Assembly (NCBI GenBank): GCA_965140415.1
Contig: OZ223209.1
Span: 2,247,928-2,311,927, forward strand
Direction of reading: 5' to 3'
Source: Myxococcota bacterium
GTDB lineage: Bacteria; Myxococcota_A; SURF-8
DNA: 64,000 bases
Both the position numbers and the translations under genes were made by a program. Of this stretch, positions 57,387 to 64,000 are shown one piece after another; the first letter of the stretch is position 1; every line of letters begins with the position of its first letter. The notes beneath the pieces were generated by a model, which was given only the letters and a program-made list of their open reading frames with translations, was not told the DNA's origin and made no database searches.

Positions 57387-58562
57387 TTATTTCCTTACGG
57401 TACTGTTCTCCGGTTCGTAAAAACGATGCAGTACTGGGGGCAGATTGTGATAATCAACGCTTTTAGCCAATTCGGATAGATCCACGGAGTTGAACGTATT
57501 CCAGAACAACACCGGTCCGGCGGCTGCGCCCTGCTTGTTAAGTGCATCCAGCATGGCTGCGAAGGCTTTTCCGGTGTAGGTGGTGTCCAATAGTACGCCA
57601 TGCTGCCCTGCGATACCCACCGCTTGTTGCGCCGCCTCCGTCACATAGCCGTATCCCTTCCCCAGGTAGCCGTCTACCATATTGATCTGCCAGGGACGAA
57701 CGGCAGCAAGCCGTTTCTTTAGTCCATGCTTTTTCATGATGGAAATGCAATTGTTGATCAGGTAACAGACCGCAACGCTGTTGGTTCCGATGCGTGGGAA
57801 AACCCGCACGCCGTAAATCGGAATGTTTCGACCGGCAAGTTGCAAACCCAGCACCAGACCGGCCAAGGTGCCGTTACTGCCTTGCGCGACGAAAATCGCT
57901 TTGGGTTCGGGAAGTTCGCCCAAACGGATCTGCTCATCCAGTTCCAGCGCCGCATTGACATGTCCCAGCGTTCCCAAAGGTGAACTCCCACCGGGAGGAA
58001 TGCTGTAAATGTCACCCAATCCCCGAAGTTTTGCCGTTGCCAGAAAGGCGCTCATGCGTGCGGCGAGCATGACATAAGAAGGCTGAAACGTGAGACTCGC
58101 TCCGAAATGCGAGTAGAGCTTCATGCTTTTTCGGCAATGGTCGGTGCAGGGTTGCTCGTACATAAATAAGTGGCAGTCTAATCCCAATTGCCTGGCGAAG
58201 ATCAATGTAGCCATACTATGATTGCTGCCGATACCGCCGATGGTGGCTACCGCTCGCGCATCTTGCCGGATGGCTTCTGCGAATAGAAACTCCAGTTTAC
58301 GCACCTTGTTGCCGCCGTAACTCGGATTGGAGCGGTCGTTCTGTTTGATCCAGATTTCAGCTCCATCATAACATGCGCCAAGTTCATCCAGACGCCGCAC
58401 CGGGGTTGGAAGATCGGCCAATTCAATGCGCGGGATGGAGCGCAACTCCGGGAAGCGTTCGAAAAGTGGAAAACCACCGGGTGTCATAGGTTTTTCCTGA
58501 ATTGAAATCAATAACCATTCCGATTGTGACGTAAAAATAACACTCCCAACCCATACTGGCAA
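57387..58562 (-). CDS. PLP-dependent enzyme of the ACC deaminase / D-cysteine desulfhydrase family.
   Basis: GGNKVRKLEFL PLP-lysine motif. Probable true start M26 (~58487, MTPGGFPLFERF…), preceded by an AGGA ribosome-binding site. Confidence 0.8.
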   Translation of the reverse strand: MPVWVGSVIFTSQSEWLLISIQEKPMTPGGFPLFERFPELRSIPRIELADLPTPVRRLDELGACYDGAEIWIKQNDRSNPSYGGNKVRKLEFLFAEAIRQDARAVATIGGIGSNHSMATLIFARQLGLDCHLFMYEQPCTDHCRKSMKLYSHFGASLTFQPSYVMLAARMSAFLATAKLRGLGDIYSIPPGGSSPLGTLGHVNAALELDEQIRLGELPEPKAIFVAQGSNGTLAGLVLGLQLAGRNIPIYGVRVFPRIGTNSVAVCYLINNCISIMKKHGLKKRLAAVRPWQINMVDGYLGKGYGYVTEAAQQAVGIAGQHGVLLDTTYTGKAFAAMLDALNKQGAAAGPVLFWNTFNSVDLSELAKSVDYHNLPPVLHRFYEPENSTVRK

Positions 58563-58710
58563 GCAATCATCTTGTGGAAATGATGGCGTAAAAGCGGAAG
58601 GCTTGCTAAAATATGCCCGCCTGTATCCGTGTGGTTTCGGGAAGAAGCAGACAGGCTATCGCATCTATCGGTTGTTTATTGCGGAGATTGCACGTTAGAA
58701 AGGACTAGTC

Positions 58711-59409
58711 ATGGCACAAATGCCCGTATTCAAAGGATTTCCGAAAGATATCATTCCTTTTCTAGAAGAACTGAAGGCGTACAATTCCAAGGTTTGGTTC
58801 GAAGAGAATCGCGACCGATTCAACGAGTCCGTGTTGGAGCCGGCAAAAGCTTTTATCGATGCCATGGGCTTGCGACTGGGAGAGTTTTCTTCGCATTATC
58901 ATGCGCTTGCGAAAGTCGATGGCTCGATTTTCCGGTTACATCGCGATGTTCGTTTCAGTAAAGACAAAAGCCCCTACAAAACGCATCTGGGTATGTTCAT
59001 CTGGGAAGGCGGCAGACCGAAAATGGAATGTCCCGGTTTGTACGTCCACATCGAGCCGCCCACGTTGTTTATCGGTGGTGGTTTGTACCGATTTCCCAAG
59101 CCGTTGTTGTTAGCCTATCGTGATTCGGTCATGCATCCAAAACATGGTGAGCAGTTGGTGGAGATCATTGACGAGTTGAGAAAATGGGAACTCACGATCG
59201 GTGGCGAGTTCTACAAGCGTGTGCCCTCCGGCTTCGACAAAGAGCACGAACGAGCCGATTTGTTGAAGTATGCCGGTCTGCATGCCGGAGTGGAAGTGCC
59301 GCTTCCCAGGCAGTTGCATACAGGTGAATTCGTCGAATACGTTACAGAAACGTATCGACCCATACTTCCCCTGCATCGCTGGTTGTTGGAAATGATTCAG
59401 CGCGCCTGA
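58711..59409 (+). CDS. TIGR02453/DUF2461-family conserved hypothetical protein.
   Basis: 232 aa. Characteristic N-terminus (…FLEELKAYNSKVWFEENRDRF…) and …FRLHRDVRFSKDKSPYKTH… motif. Confidence 0.7.
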   Translation: MAQMPVFKGFPKDIIPFLEELKAYNSKVWFEENRDRFNESVLEPAKAFIDAMGLRLGEFSSHYHALAKVDGSIFRLHRDVRFSKDKSPYKTHLGMFIWEGGRPKMECPGLYVHIEPPTLFIGGGLYRFPKPLLLAYRDSVMHPKHGEQLVEIIDELRKWELTIGGEFYKRVPSGFDKEHERADLLKYAGLHAGVEVPLPRQLHTGEFVEYVTETYRPILPLHRWLLEMIQRA

Positions 59410-59439
59410 AATAGACGCGCTGAATGAGGGCTCATCGAA

Positions 59440-60153
59440 TTAATAGCGATTGAACGCCAGTTTCTTTTTGATCTGAGAGAAGTGCCAGGTCAGATTGATC
59501 TCTTTCGGACAGGCTTCCACACAGTTAAAGATGGTGTAGCACTTGTAGATGCCCTTCTTGTTGTCCAGGATCTTCAAGCGCTCATCGCCCGCACGGTCCC
59601 GCGTATCGAAGATAAAGCGATAGGCTTTCAGCATCGCCGCCGGTCCAAGATACTCTTCATCCGCCCACTTGGAGGGGCAAGAATAGGTGCAGGCTCCACA
59701 CAGAATGCATTTGGTGGCTTCCTCGATCTTGTCGAAATCTTCCGGTGCTTGCAGACGTTCCTTGGCGGGGGCTGGTTCGTCGTTGCACAGGTAGGGCATC
59801 ACCTGTTGGTAGGCCGCCCAGAAGTTGTCCTGATTGATGGACAGATCTTTATCGACCGGTGCGCCCGGCAGCGGTTCGAAACGGACCTTGGTGCCTTTGA
59901 TGTCCTTGACCAGCGTGGAGCAGGCCAGCACGTTTTCGCCATTGACGTTCATGGCGCAACTGCCGCAGACGGCGTGTCCGCAGCTTTTTCGATAGGTCAG
60001 GGTGCCGTCTTGGGTCCATTTGATGCGATTCAGCACGTCCAGCAGCCGCTCTTCCGGCGCGGCTTCGATCGTATAGGTTTGATCGTAGGGCTTGCTATCC
60101 TTTTCAGGATCGAAGCGTTTGATCGTCACTTCCAGTTGCATGGGATCCTCCAC
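59440..60153 (-). CDS. sdhB: Succinate dehydrogenase / fumarate reductase iron-sulfur subunit.
   Basis: 237 aa. 2Fe-2S (CGSCAMNVNG), 4Fe-4S (CILCGACTYSCP) and 3Fe-4S (CYTIFNCVEACPK) cluster motifs. Confidence 0.92.
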   Translation of the reverse strand: MEDPMQLEVTIKRFDPEKDSKPYDQTYTIEAAPEERLLDVLNRIKWTQDGTLTYRKSCGHAVCGSCAMNVNGENVLACSTLVKDIKGTKVRFEPLPGAPVDKDLSINQDNFWAAYQQVMPYLCNDEPAPAKERLQAPEDFDKIEEATKCILCGACTYSCPSKWADEEYLGPAAMLKAYRFIFDTRDRAGDERLKILDNKKGIYKCYTIFNCVEACPKEINLTWHFSQIKKKLAFNRY

Positions 60154-60161
60154 CGCCGTGT

Positions 60162-61901
60162 TTAGTAAGTCCGTTCCTTGGGCTGATAGCGCAGAATATT
60201 CACTGGTCGGTACGTAAAGACCGGCTCGCCGTCTTCTCCCCGATTCACCAGCGTATGTTTGAGCCAGTTCTCGTCGTCCCGTTTGGGGAAGTCGTCACGG
60301 GCGTGTGCGCCACGGCTTTCCTGGCGCAGCAGGGCTCCGGCTGCGATGGTTTGCGCCGTTTCCAGGATGTAGCCCATTTCGAAGGCTTCCAGAAGATCGG
60401 TATTCATACGCTTGCCTTGGTCCTGAATGGTGCATTTCGCATGGCGGAGTTTAAGTTCTTTCAGGTCTTTTAAGGCAACTTTAAGGGTTTCTTCGGTGCG
60501 GAAGACGGAGACATTGTCCATCATGGTTTTTTCGCATTCCTCGCGAATCCGGTACAGCGGTTCGCCGCCGTTTTTATCCCAGAAGGACGCCATACGGGCT
60601 TCCACTCCGGCGGTGGGATTTTCGGGCAGTTCCGGCATCGGCATACTCGGCACCAGTTCCACCATTTTCTTTCCGGCTCGACGACCGAAGACGACCAGAT
60701 CCAATAGCGAGTTGGTGCCTAGTCGATTGGCTCCGTGCACCGATACGCAGGCGCATTCGCCCGCCGCGTAGAAACCAGTTACCGGTGTGGCGTCGCCGTC
60801 CATAATGACCTGGGATTCCTTGTTGGTGGGAATGCCACCCATCGCGTAGTGAGCCGTCGGCGCCACCGGAATCGGCTGGTCCGCCGGATCGAAGCCGAAA
60901 TAGGTTTTCACGAAACCGGAGATTTCCGGCAGTTTCTTTTCCAGCACTTCGCGTCCGACGTGACGTACATCCAAATGGACGTAATCCTTGCCGCCGATGC
61001 CGCGACCGGCCTTGACTTCTTCGAAGATCGCCCGGGAGACCATGTCGCGCGGGGCCAGATCCTTGATCGTCGGTGCGTAGCGCTCCATGAAACGCTCGCC
61101 CTTGTCGTTCAACAGGATGCCACCCTCGCCGCGAGCGCCTTCGGTGATCAGAATGCCGATGCGGTACATGCCGGTCGGATGGAATTGCACGAATTCCATA
61201 TCTTGCAGTGGTAGACCGGCGTTGTAAACGATTGCCATGCCGTCGCCGGTATAGGCGAAGGCGTTGCTGGTGGTTTTAAAGGCGCGTCCGTATCCGCCGG
61301 TAGCGAACATCACGCTTTTTGCATGGAAGGTGATCAGCCCACCCTTGCGGATGTCATAGGCGACGACGCCGGAGACCACGTTTTCCTGTTTACTATAGAG
61401 TAAGTCGAGCACCTGGACTTCATCGTAGAAGTGTACGCCGTGCTTGATGCATTGTTCGTACAAGGTGTGCAGAATGGCGTGGCCGGTGCGGTCGGCGGCG
61501 TGACAGGCGCGCATGACCGGGCGTGCGCCGAATTCGGCGGTGTGGCCACCGAAACGCCGCTGGGAGATGCGTCCGTCTTCGATGCGGGAAAACGGTACCC
61601 CGAAATGCTCCAACTCGATGATGGCGCGTGGCGCGTCATAGCAGAGCACCTCGATGGCGTCCTGATCGCCCAGGTAATCACCTCCTTTGATGGTATCGTA
61701 CATGTGCCATTCTGGGCTGTCTTCTTCCAGGTTGCCTAAAGCTGCGCTGATTCCGCCTTGTGCCGCACCGGAATGGGAGCGCGAGGGGTAGAGCTTGCTG
61801 ACAACGGCTACGTCGATGTGTCCGGTAAGCGCCGTTTCAAGCGCCGCGCGTAAACCGGCGATTCCGGCCCCGACAACGACGACATCGTGTTGTATAATCA
61901 T
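60162..61901 (-). CDS. sdhA: Succinate dehydrogenase flavoprotein subunit.
   Basis: 579 aa. FAD-binding GAGIAG, the covalent-FAD His region (RSHSGAAQGG), HYAMGG and catalytic Arg/His motifs. Confidence 0.95.
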   Translation of the reverse strand: MIIQHDVVVVGAGIAGLRAALETALTGHIDVAVVSKLYPSRSHSGAAQGGISAALGNLEEDSPEWHMYDTIKGGDYLGDQDAIEVLCYDAPRAIIELEHFGVPFSRIEDGRISQRRFGGHTAEFGARPVMRACHAADRTGHAILHTLYEQCIKHGVHFYDEVQVLDLLYSKQENVVSGVVAYDIRKGGLITFHAKSVMFATGGYGRAFKTTSNAFAYTGDGMAIVYNAGLPLQDMEFVQFHPTGMYRIGILITEGARGEGGILLNDKGERFMERYAPTIKDLAPRDMVSRAIFEEVKAGRGIGGKDYVHLDVRHVGREVLEKKLPEISGFVKTYFGFDPADQPIPVAPTAHYAMGGIPTNKESQVIMDGDATPVTGFYAAGECACVSVHGANRLGTNSLLDLVVFGRRAGKKMVELVPSMPMPELPENPTAGVEARMASFWDKNGGEPLYRIREECEKTMMDNVSVFRTEETLKVALKDLKELKLRHAKCTIQDQGKRMNTDLLEAFEMGYILETAQTIAAGALLRQESRGAHARDDFPKRDDENWLKHTLVNRGEDGEPVFTYRPVNILRYQPKERTY

Positions 61902-61929
61902 AGGTTTCTCCTACGGGTTTCTCTCAAAA

Positions 61930-62283
61930 TCAGACCAGGGTGAACAAGCCCCAGATCAACAGAACCAGTCCCAGCGCCCATACAGCCCAAGTCGCGGCCA
62001 TGCGTGAAAAATCGCAGCGAATATAGTCGTCTACCGCGTTTAGCACGCCGTTTAAACCATGACCGATGGCCATCAGCAAAAACACAACGTAAAAGAGCTG
62101 CATCCAGGGATTGGCGAAGCGTTCTGCCACCTGCTCAGGAGTCAACGGAACGGCCTTGAATTCCGCCAGGCTGAAGTGGACCATCAGCATGTGACCCAGC
62201 AGCGTCAATAACAGCACAACGCCGGAAAAGCGCTGGAAGATCCACCAGAAGGTGTAACTGCGTTTGGTTTCCGCAGGTCTCAT
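61930..62283 (-). CDS. sdhD: Succinate dehydrogenase hydrophobic membrane-anchor subunit.
   Basis: 117 aa with three TM helices. Located between sdhC and sdhA. The start overlaps the sdhC stop. Confidence 0.7.
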   Translation of the reverse strand: MRPAETKRSYTFWWIFQRFSGVVLLLTLLGHMLMVHFSLAEFKAVPLTPEQVAERFANPWMQLFYVVFLLMAIGHGLNGVLNAVDDYIRCDFSRMAATWAVWALGLVLLIWGLFTLV

Positions 62284-62699
62284 GCCGCACCTCCCGTTCC
62301 CTTATGCAGGACATGAAGCAGCATCAGTCCGCCGAAAATCACCATCAATACGGCATAGACCGCCATCATGATCCACCACAGCTTCTTGTGGTAGCGCGCC
62401 CCGTTGCCGAAATCGACGATCAGCACCCGGATGCCGTTGAGGGCGTGGTACAGCACTGCACCCAACAATGCGATTTCCAGCAATCCAAACAGCGGATTGG
62501 AGAGGATGCCATAAATCTGGTCGAATTCTTTGGCCCGCAATACCGGATCGGCGATCGTGGCGGCTTCTTTAAAGGAGCGCGTCACGAAAATATGCAGGGT
62601 CAGATAGAAAATCAGTCCAAGTCCGGTCAATCGGTGGAGCAGCCAGGCAAACATGCCGGTCCTCCACTTGTACCGCAATAGCTGGATGTTGCTACTCAT
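62280..62699 (-). CDS. sdhC: Succinate dehydrogenase cytochrome b556 subunit.
   Basis: 139 aa with three TM helices and a conserved His in helix II (…HRLTGLGL…). It is the first gene of sdhCDAB. Confidence 0.75.
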   Translation of the reverse strand: MSSNIQLLRYKWRTGMFAWLLHRLTGLGLIFYLTLHIFVTRSFKEAATIADPVLRAKEFDQIYGILSNPLFGLLEIALLGAVLYHALNGIRVLIVDFGNGARYHKKLWWIMMAVYAVLMVIFGGLMLLHVLHKGTGGAA

Positions 62700-63166
62700 G
62701 CAATAGCCTCCAAGGACAAGGTAACGGTTGGTGTGGACACAAGGTCCGACTCGATCTGTTGTCGAACAGTGCCGTATTCTGTAGCACTACCGTCAGGTCT
62801 TGTCAAGGAGCGGGCGACATGTGACGGCACTTTCTAGGAAAACGTTTTCGTAAGTAAGGAATACTCCGGATCGTAGGGATCTCATGTACTTGCTCTACAC
62901 GGTTTTATAATGTATTGAAAAGAATTCCGAGCGCTAAGAGAAAAATCTTGATCCACTTTTGCCTTCCTGTTAAACAAATGAACAGGGGCGAGCAAGTATT
63001 TGACATCTTTTAAGGTTTTACGAGGGGAGCGAGCTGTCGGTTGTGCCGGTCAACGTCTCGAATCGTGTGATGACTTTCTAAGATTACTTCTGTTTTCCGG
63101 CTCGAATTTCCCAGCAATTACCAGGGAGAAGCATTTGAACGGTAAGGCGAGTGCAAGCGAGGCTAT

Positions 63167-64000
63167 ATGCTGAAGAATCAACCTCTTTCGAGGGGCATAT
63201 GGACCGTGCTGGATCAGGGCTTGACGGCGGCAGGCAATTTCGTCGCAGCTTTTTTACTGGCTCGCTATGTTTCCAAAGAGGAATTCGGCGCTTTTGTGAT
63301 CGTCTATGCCATTGGTAACCTGCTGCTGGGTATCAATCATTCGCTGGTGTACACACCGGCCAGCCTGTACGGCTCCAAAGCACCCCATGAGGTTCTACGA
63401 AGTTACGACCGGGCTGTCGTTCTGTCTCTTCTGGTTTTCTCGCTGCTATTCTTTGTGGTTGGTCTGATTATCGCTGCCACCGGAGTGGCGCTTGACGGTG
63501 GCGTGCTTTTCACCGTTGCGGCCTGGTATGTCGTACCGTTGTTTTTCCGCAGCCTGATGGAAGGTGCCAGGCGGTTACTGGTCATTAAAGGAGTGCCGAA
63601 TCTGGCTTTTGTGACCAGTTGCGTTCGCCTGATGGTTATTCTGCTTGGTGCAGGATTGTTGATCCGTGAGCAGGCGTTTACCATTCCGACAATGTTGGCA
63701 GTCTTGGGACTTAGCTCGGCATTATCCGCTTTATACGGCTTATGGGTATTGCGCTACCATCTGGGACGCCAGCCGGGTGGCAGTATCCGTGAAGCATTGA
63801 AGAAGAATGTGATTTATGGGCGCTGGATTTTGGGTTTTCAGGCGCTGATTTCTCTGTCACAACAGGCGCACTCCTACATTACAGGAAGTTTGTTGGGACT
63901 GGCTGCCGTGGGCGCGATCGGAGCCTTTTTGCAATTGTTCGGCCCGTTGAACATTTATTCGTTTTCGATACAAAGCTTCGTGATTCCGGAAGTCAGTCGC
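63167..64000 (+). CDS. Polysaccharide/oligosaccharide flippase (Wzx/MOP-superfamily membrane protein). The 3' end runs off the window.
   Basis: ATG at ~63167 opens a frame with no stop up to the window end. Multiple TM helices. The N-terminus (…LDQGLTAAGNFVAAFLLARYVSKEEFGAFVIVYAI…) is typical of Wzx-like exporters. Confidence 0.6.
   Translation, partial: MLKNQPLSRGIWTVLDQGLTAAGNFVAAFLLARYVSKEEFGAFVIVYAIGNLLLGINHSLVYTPASLYGSKAPHEVLRSYDRAVVLSLLVFSLLFFVVGLIIAATGVALDGGVLFTVAAWYVVPLFFRSLMEGARRLLVIKGVPNLAFVTSCVRLMVILLGAGLLIREQAFTIPTMLAVLGLSSALSALYGLWVLRYHLGRQPGGSIREALKKNVIYGRWILGFQALISLSQQAHSYITGSLLGLAAVGAIGAFLQLFGPLNIYSFSIQSFVIPEVSR

Noticed and set aside
1-64000. Looked for CRISPR arrays, tRNA/rRNA genes, IS elements, integrases or phage genes.
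   Set aside because: No direct-repeat/spacer periodicity, no tRNA T-loop or acceptor signatures in intergenic regions, and no transposase/integrase-like ORFs were found by eye. A covariance-model or HMM scan would be needed to rule out small RNAs.

Overview
This 64 kb window is a gene-dense bacterial chromosomal segment of about 52% GC from a Gram-negative (diderm) organism. The evidence for a diderm is TonB, a TonB-dependent receptor, outer-membrane beta-barrels, Lon, RpoH and an sdhCDAB operon. I cannot assign the lineage more precisely than a possibly proteobacterial or deltaproteobacteria-like group. I found no rRNA, tRNA, CRISPR array, transposase or integrase.

The main content, in order:
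- A MetE-like gene cut off at the window edge.
- glgA, a GalT/HIT-family nucleotidyltransferase and a B12-binding radical-SAM (DUF4080) gene.
- A GT-C membrane glycosyltransferase.
- An ECF sigma / zinc-finger anti-sigma / secreted outer-membrane beta-barrel operon.
- A TetR regulator followed by a truncated HlyD fragment, then nadB.
- lon and rpoH arranged divergently, then the glycogen phosphorylase glgP.
- A tonB / TonB-dependent receptor / lipoprotein operon.
- Two TlpA-like thiol-disulfide oxidoreductases plus a 577-aa outer-membrane barrel.
- A zinc-ribbon Ser/Thr kinase with TPR, convergent with a DUF3267 zincin, a PflX/AmmeMemoRadiSam-like radical SAM and a 220-aa unknown protein.
- An MltF-like lytic transglycosylase and a TPR-tailed GT-C-like membrane protein.
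- A 15.6 kb co-directional respiratory supercluster: ccoNO (fused)-ccoQ-ccoP-ccoG-ccoH-ccoI-ccoS for cbb3 oxidase and its maturation, followed directly by actABCDEF (Alternative Complex III).
- A four-gene amino-acid/dipeptide-like catabolic cluster (PLP enzyme, M19 dipeptidase, permease, amidohydrolase_3).
- A DUF2461 gene, sdhCDAB, and the start of a Wzx-like flippase.

The most novel-looking candidates are the orphan radical-SAM / unknown-protein / zincin module (30.1-32.7 kb) and the PLP-enzyme / dipeptidase / permease / amidohydrolase cluster (53.6-58.5 kb).

All calls rest on reading the ORF translations and the DNA by eye. No database search was run. Positions I counted by hand may be off by 1-2 nt.
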